A DNA stretch of 64,000 nucleotides from Candidatus Micrarchaeota archaeon (GTDB lineage Archaea > Micrarchaeota > Micrarchaeia > Anstonellales > Bilamarchaeaceae). Below, piece by piece: positions 10,795 to 21,309 of this stretch (positions within the stretch are counted from its first letter, which is position 1; each line of letters starts with the position of its first letter). A model generated the notes under the pieces. The model was not told where the DNA came from. It ran no database searches and was given only the letters and a program-made list of their open reading frames with translations. The position numbers were made by a program, and so were the translations under genes. The stretch lies in NCBI GenBank assembly GCA_043816005.1, contig JBDRIM010000041.1, positions 1 to 64,000 on the forward strand. Reading direction: 5' to 3'.

Positions 10795-11751
10795 CTACTT
10801 CAGCATCGGTCCCAAATTCTTCAACATATCTGAAACCATTTCAGAAAGTCCGAACTTATGATTCCAATTCCAATCTTTCCTCGCAGATGAATCGTCAATT
10901 GATTTTGGCCAGGAATCTGCAATATTTTGCCTAAAATCAGGTGCATAATTAATTTCAAATTCTGGAATGTGTTTTTTGATTTCTGCTGCAATTTCACCAG
11001 GTTCAAAACTCACTGCAGTAATATTGTAGCTTGTTCTTATGCTTATTTTTGATGACTCTGCTTCCATAAGATCAATGGTTGCTTTGATGGCATCTTCCAT
11101 ATACATCATTGGTAAGTAAGTTCCAGCTTTCAAAAATGAAGTATATTTTTTTTCTTTTAAAGCGCCATAGAAAATTTCAACAGCATAATCCGTTGTTCCA
11201 CCTCCAGGTGGGGTTTTCCAACTGATTACACCAGGATAACGCAAACCACGAATATCCAATCCGTATTTTTTGAAATAATAGTTAACTAAAAGTTCTCCAG
11301 CAACTTTGGTTACACCGTACATTGTAGATGGTTCGAGTATTGTTCGTTGAGGCGTATTATCTCTTGGGGTTGTTGGACCAAACGCAGCAATAGAACTTGG
11401 CCAAAATATTTTGATGAGTTTACCTTTATCTTTCATTTCTTTCGCAATATCAAGGACATTTTTGAGTGTGCCCATGTTTACATGATAAGCAAGATCAGGG
11501 TTTTGTTCGCCTTTAGCTGATAGAATTCCAGCAAGATGATAAATAACAGTGATGTTGTTTTTGTGAATTATACCCTCAATTAGTTTTTTGTCATTTGCAT
11601 CCCCAATTACATGAACCCCGATATCTTTCGGCACAGTTTTGTGATAAAGTGCAATTACATTATCCTCACCATATTTATCCCTTAAAGCAGGAACTAACTC
11701 AGAACCTATTTGTCCGGCTGCTCCAGTAACCAGGATTTTTTCGTTTGCCAT
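10795..11751 (-). CDS. tdh: L-threonine 3-dehydrogenase (extended SDR type)
   Basis: TGAAGQIG, SSIAAFG, YGVTK, PGGGTTDYA; divergent from kbl. Confidence 0.85.
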   Translation of the reverse strand: MANEKILVTGAAGQIGSELVPALRDKYGEDNVIALYHKTVPKDIGVHVIGDANDKKLIEGIIHKNNITVIYHLAGILSAKGEQNPDLAYHVNMGTLKNVLDIAKEMKDKGKLIKIFWPSSIAAFGPTTPRDNTPQRTILEPSTMYGVTKVAGELLVNYYFKKYGLDIRGLRYPGVISWKTPPGGGTTDYAVEIFYGALKEKKYTSFLKAGTYLPMMYMEDAIKATIDLMEAESSKISIRTSYNITAVSFEPGEIAAEIKKHIPEFEINYAPDFRQNIADSWPKSIDDSSARKDWNWNHKFGLSEMVSDMLKNLGPMLK

Positions 11752-11949
11752 AGAGTAGTAATGAAACAAAAGCATATAAAACAAAATTGATTGTCACACA
11801 AAAATTCGTTTATAGACGAAATTGGGACAATAACGCAATAGAAAGAGACACGTTTTAATATATTGTAGCAGAAGGTCTGCCAGGTGTTTTTTCTATGATT
11901 TGAAATGCAGGACATTTCAAATATATCGAAAACATGAGGTGTTTTCTCT

Positions 11950-13140
11950 ATGAATGAACAACTTCAGAATGATTTACATGCAGAATTGGAAATATTAGAA
12001 CAAAAAAATCTATTATGGAATCCTAAAACACTTGAAGGACCATCATGCGCTAAAGCAAAAATTGCCGGTAAAGACGTCGTCATGCTTTGCTCAAATAATT
12101 ATCTTGGTCTCTCAACCAACAGATTGTTAAAAAAAGCAGCAATTGAAGCTGTTCGTAAATATGGTGCTGGTTCTGGAAGTGTAAGACCAATTGCAGGAAG
12201 TATGGATTTGCACATTAAATTAGAAGAAACAATTGCAAGATTCAAACACACTGAAGACGCCATTTATTACAATTCAGGATTTACTGCAAATAGCGGTGGA
12301 ATTCCAGCTATTCTTCGTGAAGGAGATATTGTTATTTCAGATGAACTTAACCATGGTTCAATTATTGATGGTGTAAGATTAACAAAGGCAGAAAGAATGA
12401 TCTTCAAGCACAAAGATATGGGTGAGCTTGAAATGAGGCTGAAGGAAGCACATGCTAAAAATCCAAAAAGAATTTTAGTTATTACTGACGGTGTGTTTTC
12501 AATGGATGGAGATATTGCACCTCTTGATCAGATTGTAAAACTTACGGAACAGTATGGTGCATGCACCTATGTAGATGATGCACATGGTGATGGAGTTCTT
12601 GGGGAAAATGGTAGAGGAATTGTTAATCATTTCAAAGTTGATGGTAAAGTTGACCTTGATATGGGTACTTTTTCAAAAGGTTTTGGAACTATGGGGGGTT
12701 ACATTGCCGGAACAAAAACACTTAAGAAATTTCTCTTAAACAAATCAAGAACATGGTTATTAACTGGTTCTCACCCTCCCGCAACAGTTGCAGCAAGTAT
12801 TGCAGCACTAGAATTACTTGAAAAAAGTGATAAACTTGTCAAAAAACTCTGGAGAAATACCAAATACTTCAAAAAGAGGCTCAAAGAACTGGGATTTGAC
12901 ACTGGCATAAGTGAAACACCAATTACACCGATCTTCACTTATGATGAAGGAAAGGCAGTCAAGATGAGCCAACGACTTTTCGAAGAAGGCGTTTATGTAT
13001 TGCCAATTGTTTTCCCAATGGTTGCAAAGAGTAAGGCAAGGTTAAGAGCAATGGTAACAGCAGATCATGCTAAAGAAGACCTTGAATTTGCCATTGACAA
13101 GATAACTAATGTTGGAAAGGAATTGGAACTAATCAAATGA
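11950..13140 (+). CDS. kbl: glycine C-acetyltransferase (2-amino-3-ketobutyrate CoA ligase)
   Basis: CSNNYLGL, SDELNHGSIIDG, DDAHG, TFSKG (PLP Lys); adjacent to tdh. Confidence 0.85.
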   Translation: MNEQLQNDLHAELEILEQKNLLWNPKTLEGPSCAKAKIAGKDVVMLCSNNYLGLSTNRLLKKAAIEAVRKYGAGSGSVRPIAGSMDLHIKLEETIARFKHTEDAIYYNSGFTANSGGIPAILREGDIVISDELNHGSIIDGVRLTKAERMIFKHKDMGELEMRLKEAHAKNPKRILVITDGVFSMDGDIAPLDQIVKLTEQYGACTYVDDAHGDGVLGENGRGIVNHFKVDGKVDLDMGTFSKGFGTMGGYIAGTKTLKKFLLNKSRTWLLTGSHPPATVAASIAALELLEKSDKLVKKLWRNTKYFKKRLKELGFDTGISETPITPIFTYDEGKAVKMSQRLFEEGVYVLPIVFPMVAKSKARLRAMVTADHAKEDLEFAIDKITNVGKELELIK

Positions 13141-13166
13141 AAAGAACAATTTTCTAATCTCCTTTT

Positions 13167-14546
13167 TTATATTAGTTCGATACTATCTCCGAGTTTTGGT
13201 ATGTGTGTTCTGAAACCAATATTTGTCAGGCTATTGCTAAGTGCCTTTGTTGATGCAATTTCCCCATGGACAATAAATATTTTTGGTTTGTTTTTAAAAC
13301 CACTAACCCATTTGACAAGTTCTTTTGCATCTGCATGAGAAGAAAAGCTGTTGATTTTTTTTACTTTGGCTTCAACTGCCACTTCAGTCCCCATCATTTT
13401 CACAACTTCGGCACCATCAAGAATTACCCGACCTAACGTTCCTTCGGCCTGATAACCAACAAAAAGAAGAGTGTTTTTTGAATTCCAAAGATTATGTTTA
13501 AGATGGTGTCTTATTCTTCCAGCATTACACATCCCACTCCCGGCAATTATTATGCATGGTTGATTGTAATCATTCATTCTGCGTGATTCATTTGCTGTTC
13601 TCAGATATTGGAGTTGTTTGAAAGTAAATGGATTGGAAAATTCTTGTTTTAATTCTGGTGAAGCATAGCTTAAGTGTCTTTTGAAAATTTCAGTAACTTT
13701 TATAGCCAACGGACTATCTAAGAATATCTTTTGAGATGGGAATTTACCATCACGAATTTCTTGGTGAAGATAGAAAAGTAATTCTTGAGTTCTTTCAACT
13801 GCAAACGAAGGGATCATCAATTTTCCATGGGAATTGAAGGTTTCTCTGACTTCTTTTAATAGAAGATCGCCACGTATGCCAGATTTTTCGTGGGTTCTAT
13901 CACCATATGTTGATTCAACAAGTACAAAATCAGCTTCTTCGATCAGAGTTGGGTCGCTAACAATTGGTGTGTTCCATTGACCAAGATCACCAGTGAATAC
14001 AATTTTTTTTGTTTTTTTGTTTTCAGTTACCCAAAGTTCAATTATAGCAGAGCCGATGATATGACCAGCATTTCTGAAAACCATTCTGAATGTTTTATTT
14101 ATAGTATATGAATTATCATACCCAAGAGATTTGAAAAGTGGGAATGATGATTTTACATCTTCGAGGGTGTATAGTGGATTTCTTGGTGTAAGACCCATTC
14201 TAATGCGTCTTTTGTTCTCTAAGATTGTATCATCTTCATTTATGTGTGCTGAATCTTCCAGCATAATTTTTGTCAGATCAACTGTTGGAGGAGTTGCAAA
14301 TATTTTACCTCTGAACCCTCCCTTAACTAGCTTAGGAATAAGTCCAGAATGATCAATATGTGCATGAGTAAGTAGGAGATAGGAAATTTCTTTTGGATTG
14401 AATCGAAATGGTTCATAATTCAATCTAGTTATATCTTTCCTACCTTGAAAAATACCGCAATCAATGAGTATTTTTTCTCCGGCTGCCTCAATTAAATAGC
14501 ACGATCCAGTAACCATTTGAGCTGCGCCGTTAAAGGTTAATCTCAT
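13167..14546 (-). CDS. MBL-fold beta-CASP ribonuclease
   Basis: THAHIDHSG, AGHIIG, ESTYG, FSSHAD, VHGE. Confidence 0.9.
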   Translation of the reverse strand: MRLTFNGAAQMVTGSCYLIEAAGEKILIDCGIFQGRKDITRLNYEPFRFNPKEISYLLLTHAHIDHSGLIPKLVKGGFRGKIFATPPTVDLTKIMLEDSAHINEDDTILENKRRIRMGLTPRNPLYTLEDVKSSFPLFKSLGYDNSYTINKTFRMVFRNAGHIIGSAIIELWVTENKKTKKIVFTGDLGQWNTPIVSDPTLIEEADFVLVESTYGDRTHEKSGIRGDLLLKEVRETFNSHGKLMIPSFAVERTQELLFYLHQEIRDGKFPSQKIFLDSPLAIKVTEIFKRHLSYASPELKQEFSNPFTFKQLQYLRTANESRRMNDYNQPCIIIAGSGMCNAGRIRHHLKHNLWNSKNTLLFVGYQAEGTLGRVILDGAEVVKMMGTEVAVEAKVKKINSFSSHADAKELVKWVSGFKNKPKIFIVHGEIASTKALSNSLTNIGFRTHIPKLGDSIELI

Positions 14547-14587
14547 TAGTCTACCTACACTTATATCTTTTAAGAATGTACTTTAAT

Positions 14588-14968
14588 TTAGTTCTGAGGA
14601 TCAATAGCGCAACCAGTGCGTGCACTTAGTTCTTCCAAGGTAAGCAAACCAGTATATCTGGTGCCATCTTGAAATTCCCAAGTTGGATATGATGAGATAT
14701 TGGCATCCTGACATATTTGTAGTTTGCCGTGACCATCAGGTGTGGAACATTCAACATAATTAATCAAAGACCAGCTATCTCCGAACATTGCTTTTTGATC
14801 ATTACAGTGAGTACACCAAAATGCACCGTACATTTTAGCATTATTATCACTAAGACATTTAGCAAAGTTAGGGTAATGTCCTTTTGGTCCGGAACTAAGC
14901 AGAATATAACCGACTATTACAACAACTAGAAGAACTCCAATGGTTATAGCTGATTGTGGGATTTTCAC
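14588..14968 (-). CDS. membrane-anchored thioredoxin-like protein
   Basis: YGAFWCTHC, YPTW. Confidence 0.8.
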   Translation of the reverse strand: MKIPQSAITIGVLLVVVIVGYILLSSGPKGHYPNFAKCLSDNNAKMYGAFWCTHCNDQKAMFGDSWSLINYVECSTPDGHGKLQICQDANISSYPTWEFQDGTRYTGLLTLEELSARTGCAIDPQN

Positions 14969-15009
14969 AATTGAGGATTAAGATCGCGATATTTAAATAT
15001 CTTTCACCA

Positions 15010-15741
15010 TCAACGCATAAAATTCCATTCTTTTTGACTATAACGATTTGAAACCAATTCGCGAGCACATTTAAGTTCTTCTTCTGTAAATGAACTAAGC
15101 TCGAAATCTTTGCCATTCGTAAAACCTTTCAAAAGTGCGTTGTAAAGTTCATCTTTACTTACTGATTTTTGCTGAGTAACTGAGGTTACTCTTTCCTTAA
15201 CATTCGCAATGAGCTTATCCTTTATTTTCTCATCAGGAACCCTAAGTAGAGAAAACATCCTGTCAACGTCAACAGAGTAAAGTATAGTTCCATGCTGGAG
15301 AAGAACGCCGTTTCTTCTTGTCTGTGCATTCCCTGAGATCTTTTTTCCATTAACAATTATGTCATTTATTGGTTTGAATTCTGCTTTTATACCGAGAATA
15401 TCAAGTGAATTTACTATCCATCCGCAAATGAGCTTATAAGAGTCTATAATACCTGTTGGAAAGAGGTTGAGATCACCAATTACACTGTATGTTATTTCAC
15501 CCATTTGATCATGATAGACTGCTCCTCCACCTGTTCGTCTTCTTATAAAATCTACATTTGAAGTTTTACATTGTTCAAGATTAACTTCACTTTCAAGACT
15601 CTGGAAGTAGCCAACTGAAACCGCACTTGGTTTCCATCCATAGAATCTGATTGTTGGAGTTTTGTTCTGTGAGAGAACTTCGTCCAATGCCATATTAGTA
15701 AATGCATCTTGTTCTGTATAAGGTAAAACACGCCATTTCAT
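15010..15741 (-). CDS. lplA: lipoate-protein ligase catalytic subunit
   Basis: RRRTGGGAVYHD, NDIIVNGKKISGNAQ, QHGT. Confidence 0.9.
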   Translation of the reverse strand: MKWRVLPYTEQDAFTNMALDEVLSQNKTPTIRFYGWKPSAVSVGYFQSLESEVNLEQCKTSNVDFIRRRTGGGAVYHDQMGEITYSVIGDLNLFPTGIIDSYKLICGWIVNSLDILGIKAEFKPINDIIVNGKKISGNAQTRRNGVLLQHGTILYSVDVDRMFSLLRVPDEKIKDKLIANVKERVTSVTQQKSVSKDELYNALLKGFTNGKDFELSSFTEEELKCARELVSNRYSQKEWNFMR

Positions 15742-16013
15742 AGTGACACCGCTTTTCTGAATAATCTGACTAGATCGTCTATAGAAACACCAATGAGTTC
15801 TGCATCTTTTAATGCATGCTGAAGTTTACTTGAAAGTTCAGCGTCAGAAATATTTACAGGAAGTTCCAAAAAACTATCCTCAACTTGTTTTATTTGTTCT
15901 TCAGGATAAAGAAAAAAATCACCCGTTATTTTCATATGAGAAACTTTACCTTGAAGAAATTGAACTTCCATAGCAATTAATTTACCATTGGGCACTTTCT
16001 CAATTACTTTCAT
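15738..16013 (-). CDS. lplB: lipoate-protein ligase accessory (C-terminal domain) subunit
   Basis: ITGDFFLYPEE; overlaps lplA start. Confidence 0.8.
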   Translation of the reverse strand: MKVIEKVPNGKLIAMEVQFLQGKVSHMKITGDFFLYPEEQIKQVEDSFLELPVNISDAELSSKLQHALKDAELIGVSIDDLVRLFRKAVSL

Positions 16014-16114
16014 AAAATGTTATTGAAAACAAAGGTTTTAGATAGATCTTCTTAGAAATGTTTTTGGCAATGTGTTCACTTTGAGATTAAAAGGTTTTGT
16101 TTCATTAATTTTTT

Positions 16115-16855
16115 GTGGAAATAATAGAGATATCAGGGAAACGGTTTGTAATAGAACGTTTATTGTGTAAAAACAAAAATGCCACTGCTAAATTGAGAAA
16201 TGAAAAAATAATTATCAACATTCCATCACGATGGCCACTTTCTGAACGGGAAAAAATTAGTGCGGATTTATTGAAACGCGCAGTTAATTCAATTGAGAAT
16301 GGTAGGTGGAATGTGAATGCTGGGAAAAAAATTGAGTTTTCACATGGGCAACGTTTAATTGTTTTGGGAAAAGAATTTGAGATAAGTTTTGTCCAATCTG
16401 AAAGATTTGGTGTTAAAATAGTCGGTAGAAAGGTCGAGGTAAAAATTAATGATCATCCGGACAAAAATCAAATTGTTGCTAAATTAATAAGAAAGAAAAT
16501 TGGAGCTATTTTAATGCCAGAACTTACTCAACGCGTAAGTGAATTGAATGAAAAACATTTCAAATCGGAAATTTCATGCATAAAAATAAGAGATGCAGTT
16601 AGTAGATGGGGGAGCTGTACTACAACGGGAGTGATAAGCCTTAACTTCCGTCTTCTTTTGATGCCACCGGATATTCTTGATTATGTAATTGTACATGAGC
16701 TTGCCCACACAAAATATAGGAGCCATGGACCGCGATTCTGGAATTTGGTTGGTGATGTAATTCCAGACCATAAACTGAGAAGATCTTGGCTCAGAAAGAA
16801 TGGATGGTCATCAAATAACTTAACAACTGTTGAACCATTAGAAGAACCATATTGA
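16115..16855 (+). CDS. YgjP/DUF45 (M48-like) metal-dependent hydrolase
   Basis: RWGSC, YVIVHELAH, HGPRFW. Confidence 0.85.
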   Translation: MEIIEISGKRFVIERLLCKNKNATAKLRNEKIIINIPSRWPLSEREKISADLLKRAVNSIENGRWNVNAGKKIEFSHGQRLIVLGKEFEISFVQSERFGVKIVGRKVEVKINDHPDKNQIVAKLIRKKIGAILMPELTQRVSELNEKHFKSEISCIKIRDAVSRWGSCTTTGVISLNFRLLLMPPDILDYVIVHELAHTKYRSHGPRFWNLVGDVIPDHKLRRSWLRKNGWSSNNLTTVEPLEEPY

Positions 16856-17269
16856 TTATTCACCAATTATTTTTACTAGTACTCTTTTGCTTCTTTGACC
16901 ATCAAATTCAAAATAAAAGATTTGTTCCCACGGACCAAGATCCAACCTACCGTTTGTAATTGGCATAACAACTTGATGGCCGAGTAATTGACGCCAGATG
17001 TGTGCTGCAGCATTATCCTCTCCAGTATCATTATGACGATAATCTGCTTTGTAAGGTACTAGTTTTTCTAAAACTTTGAGATAATCACTATGAAGACCAC
17101 CTTCATCATCATTCACAATGACAGCTGCAGTAATATGCATTGGATTTACAAGAACAAGACCTTCTTTTACCCCACTCGAAGTTATAGTTTTATTTACATG
17201 ATCAGTAATTTTTATTATTTCGATTTTCTTTTCAGTTCTAAAAGTCAGATATTCGGTTTTTGTTTTCAT
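16856..17269 (-). CDS. YjbQ/UPF0047 family protein
   Basis: [25 protein letters not shown]. Confidence 0.9.
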   Translation of the reverse strand: MKTKTEYLTFRTEKKIEIIKITDHVNKTITSSGVKEGLVLVNPMHITAAVIVNDDEGGLHSDYLKVLEKLVPYKADYRHNDTGEDNAAAHIWRQLLGHQVVMPITNGRLDLGPWEQIFYFEFDGQRSKRVLVKIIGE

Positions 17270-17505
17270 AGATTTTTTTTGGAAAGAAACACTTTAATAA
17301 CGCTGGTTAGTCTAAAATTTCAAGGTAGTATGTGATTATGCACATTTTGATCTTGAAAAAATGTGATTATCAATATTCATTTTTACAAAAAATATAAATA
17401 GTCAGTATTTGGTTTGTCTAATGGGGATGGAATGGGCGGCTTGGCGGGAATAATTTGGACATAACTTGTCCCCACACTCTCTCGCCATGATCGCTTATTT
17501 TCCCT

Positions 17506-17760
17506 ATGGTGAATTTGATGAGGGGACAATTAAGCGCTGAAATGCTAATTTTGATTGTTGTTGTATTGGCAGTTGTGGCTATTGCAGCAACACAGCTTAT
17601 GGGATCAGCAAAAGAAACAAGTAAAAATATCCAAAATCAAAGCAGTAAGATAAATCTAATGACTTCTGAGGCCATTAAATCTGCTGAAGGCGAATATTGC
17701 ATGTATGATGAAGATTGTAGAGAGAGTTTTAGTTGTCAGGATTATCGGTGCAGTAGCTAA
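17506..17760 (+). CDS. class III signal peptide (pilin-like) protein
   Basis: RGQLSAEMLILIVVVL cleavage motif and Cys-rich C-terminus. Confidence 0.8.
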   Translation: MVNLMRGQLSAEMLILIVVVLAVVAIAATQLMGSAKETSKNIQNQSSKINLMTSEAIKSAEGEYCMYDEDCRESFSCQDYRCSS

Positions 17761-17881
17761 TTTGTTACGTTTGTTTATATATATTTCCTTCTAATTTAAC
17801 CTTTAAGTACCACTATCAGTGTTTTTGCTTAGAATTAGTAATAAAGCAAGGTTTAAAAGATGTTTTAATAAGTGTATATAC

Positions 17882-19486
17882 ATGGTTGGAGCACATAATT
17901 TGTTACCCCCCAATGCTAGGGTTGATAGATACCCTCCCCAGCTCCAAGCATCGATAATGAGATGGGCAGAAACTTACCATAAATTCGGTGGGCAAGATGC
18001 TTTTCCTCATGCTTTACGTGTTTTAGATCAAGCTGTAGCTCATAATATGGTTGAACTCCCAAAGATTGGTGATAGAGATACGGATACAAGAGGACTTAAT
18101 CTTAGATTAGCAAATATTATACTTGCCCATGTTTTTAGACGTGGAAAAGACAATCGTAAAGACTTTCCAACTGAGGATTTTGAAAGACATAGACTAGTTG
18201 TTGATGGTTTTGAAGTATTTGATAGATTAAGAGAGAATGATCTTGGTGCAATGTCAAGTCAGGAATATGGTCGTATTCTTCAAAAGCCATCGCTTGGAAC
18301 TTTGGCTAGATGTATAGATATCGCTCAATACGGACCAGATGGAATTACATCAGAGGTAGAACTTTCTCATCTTGATAAAAGACGTTTTTATCATTTTGAC
18401 CAGAAGACTGGTTTAAGTGAATATAGACATATTGCCCATGTTGCAAGAATGGTATATGCTCCACTTGCAGACCTTTTGAGTTACAGAACACTGGCAGGGG
18501 ATTTGATGAAAATGTCATACTACCATCTTGCTCATGATACATACGATAAGGTTAGACTACTGATACAGGAATTAAATGAACAAATAGCTGCCACTCAAAG
18601 ACTTATGACTGCCATGCTCCCACAACTTGTAGCAATTCTTACTGCACAAGGTTACACGTTCGAGATAAGGGAACGACCATTAAAACATATAGGTAAAGTT
18701 ATGGAAAAAGTTGATAGATACTCTCGTAAAGATGGTGGATCAATTGAAGATCACATTAAAGAATTACATGATCTTGTAGCTTTCACAGTTATTCTTGATT
18801 CGAAAAATGGAAGAACAATCACGCAAAATGATTTAGAAGATTATCGAAATGTAGCAACAATAATTGTTGGCCTCGTTTCTACGTATGCACCACTCAGATA
18901 TAAGGGTAGGTATGACCACCTGTACACAGACATGATCTCAAAACCAAAAGCAAGTGGTTACCAATCATACCACGCTGACATGGAATTTAATTCGGACCAA
19001 TTTGTCTGGTTAGAGGCAATAGTTAGAAATAGGACAATGGAACTGTATGCATCAAAAGGTGGTGCTGCACATCATCTTTTCAAAGGCGGACGTGGACTAA
19101 CAAAAGTTATAGAACGAGCTTATAATAATGTAAAAAGGGCAATAGAGTCGGGCATGAATCCAGCAGATTTAGATGTAACCCCAGTAAATCACCAAGTTGT
19201 ATTCCAAGTTCCAGGTAGAGAACGATACACTAAAATTATACCTGGTGGTGCATGTATAGCCGAAGCGCTCATATGTGGTGGTATTAGTTTGAGTGATAGG
19301 TATGCAATTTCACCTGCACGTTCTTTACTGGATCCTGTTGAAGGAACAATAAGAATTGAATTGGTTCGGACAGCTGAACCAATGGTAGCAGTTAGATCAA
19401 CACTAAGACAAATACTTCCATTCTTTCAACAACAAACAAACGCAAGAAAAGCAAATGAATTATTCGTTGAAACTAGATCTCGTTAA
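17882..19486 (+). CDS. divergent RelA/SpoT homolog
   Basis: YAPLADLL, RPLKH, LHDLVAF, KPKASGYQSYH, GGAAHHLFK and TGS-like C-terminus. Confidence 0.7.
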   Translation: MVGAHNLLPPNARVDRYPPQLQASIMRWAETYHKFGGQDAFPHALRVLDQAVAHNMVELPKIGDRDTDTRGLNLRLANIILAHVFRRGKDNRKDFPTEDFERHRLVVDGFEVFDRLRENDLGAMSSQEYGRILQKPSLGTLARCIDIAQYGPDGITSEVELSHLDKRRFYHFDQKTGLSEYRHIAHVARMVYAPLADLLSYRTLAGDLMKMSYYHLAHDTYDKVRLLIQELNEQIAATQRLMTAMLPQLVAILTAQGYTFEIRERPLKHIGKVMEKVDRYSRKDGGSIEDHIKELHDLVAFTVILDSKNGRTITQNDLEDYRNVATIIVGLVSTYAPLRYKGRYDHLYTDMISKPKASGYQSYHADMEFNSDQFVWLEAIVRNRTMELYASKGGAAHHLFKGGRGLTKVIERAYNNVKRAIESGMNPADLDVTPVNHQVVFQVPGRERYTKIIPGGACIAEALICGGISLSDRYAISPARSLLDPVEGTIRIELVRTAEPMVAVRSTLRQILPFFQQQTNARKANELFVETRSR

Positions 19487-19592
19487 ATTCAGTAAGCCTT
19501 GTTACAATAGTTAGAATTATATTTTTTATTTGAAACTATTAAAGTGACGAACGATGTTCAACAAGTATATTAATACAAAATTTGGAAATGGA

Positions 19593-20494
19593 TTAATCAA
19601 AAAGAGTGGTACTGAGGTATCTTTCTCCTCTATCAGGTAATAATGCAACAACTATTCCTTTCATTTTTTTTTGCAACTTGCATTGCAGCCCACATAGAGG
19701 CTCCGCTACTAATCCCAACTAGTATTCCTTCTTTTTTTGCAAGATCTTTTGCAGTTTGAAATGCATCTTCATCAGTTACATATACTACTTCGTCTAATTT
19801 TTTTCTGTTGAATATTTTTGGAACCAACGATGTCTCCATGTTTTTTAATCCTTGAATTTTGTGATTTGGATGTGGTTCTGCACCAATGATCTTTATGGAT
19901 TGGTTTTTTTCTTTTAATAATTTCCCAACACCCATCACAGTTCCTCCAGTTCCAATGCCACCAACAAACGCAGTGATTTGACTGTTGGTTTGTCCCCATA
20001 TTTCGTTTGCAGTTTGGGCATAATGAGCTAAGGGATTATTCTCATTAGAGTATTGATCTGGCAGAAAATATTTTTCGGGATTTTTTTCTGCTTTTTCTAT
20101 AGCTAATTTTATTGATCCGTCAATTCCTTGTCCTGCAGATGTTAGAACTATTCTTGCCCCATATGCTGCCATTGTTTTTCTTCTTTCAATACTTGCATTC
20201 TCTGGCATTATGATTTCTACTTGATAGCCTTTTACAGCTCCGATCATAGCTAACGCTATACCAGTATTTCCAGATGATGCTTCAATGATAATTCGGTTTT
20301 TTATTAAATCTAATTTTTCTGCAGCTTCAATCATCATTTGTGCAGGTCTGTCTTTTATACTTCCACCAGGATTCCAACCTTCTAATTTCACGTATAATTC
20401 GACATCTTTATTTTCATTCATTCTATTTATCCTAACTAATGGTGTTTCACCGATTGTTTTTAGTATATTAGCAGGCCAACCACCTTTTTGTCAT
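19593..20494 (-). pseudogene. cysM: cysteine synthase (CysM/CysK family) with two frameshifts
   Basis: NPGGSIKDR PLP motif; the SD-preceded ATG at 20494 and the conserved PDRGERYLST tail are each out of frame at A-homopolymers. Confidence 0.75.
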
Positions 20495-20601
20495 ATTTTC
20501 ACCTCATATTTTATTTTAGATTAATAAAAAATTTGAGATTTATAAAACAATGTAACAGTTTTGGTTAGATGATTGCATGGCAACAATAGCAAAAACAAAA
20601 A

Positions 20602-20830
20602 CGGGCCCAGAGGGATTTGAACCCTCGACCTGCGGATCTCGCTTTTTGGAAAAAAGCGAGGCAAAAACTGATTCGCTATTTCCAAAATTAAAAGTCCGAC
20701 GCTCTACCAAGTTCCTCTGCACCTTTTAGTAAAAGGCGCCCCAAAACTTATTGTCCAAAAACCTTAGAGGTTTTTCATTAACAAATTTTTGGGCGCTTTT
20801 TTTCAAAAAGCGCAACTGAGCTATGGGCCC
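20602..20830 (-). tRNA. tRNA-Lys(TTT) with two introns (~20712-20815 in D-loop; ~20638-20688 in anticodon loop)
   Basis: GGGCCCATAGCTCAG / TTGGTAGAGCGTCGGACTTTTA / ATCCGCAGGTCGAGGGTTCAAATCCCTCTGGGCCCG; exact junctions are ambiguous by a few nt. Confidence 0.85.
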
Positions 20831-20951
20831 TAAGTATGGTAAATTGTTTACAATCCTTTTAAAAATCCAACTTTTATGAACGCTTTTAAAAGTATTGACG
20901 CCTATTTAACTAACACATAGAACTTTGGATGATGATTCGTTCAAAATGTGT

Positions 20952-21072
20952 GCCGGGTTGGCAGATAGGCTATGCGTCCGCCTGCAGACCGCTTTTCTGA
21001 GGTTTTGTCTTTAGACAGAATCAGTGATAAGGCATAAAGCGGAATAGAGGGGTTCAATTCCTCTACCCGGCT
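20952..21072 (+). tRNA. tRNA-Cys(GCA) with 50-nt intron (20988-21037)
   Basis: GCCGGGT/ACCCGGC acceptor, TCCGC-CTGCAG|A-GCGGA anticodon arm, GGTTCAATTCC T loop. Confidence 0.9.
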
Positions 21073-21309
21073 TTTTTTATTTACCACAATTCCTCCGGTT
21101 TTATAGTGGTCGAAGATGGAAAACGACCTCCGTAAATCCGGGCTTTTCGCAATTCGCGGATCGCATCCACATTTTCCATGCAACATGTTGCATGAAAGAA
21201 TAAAAGGACTGAAAACGAAGGTGATGGATGTGAAATGCGATCTTGAGTGAATTTTACTGGATTTTTTTTAACCATATTCTTTATTTAACTATCCATCTAA
21301 ACGTCTATT

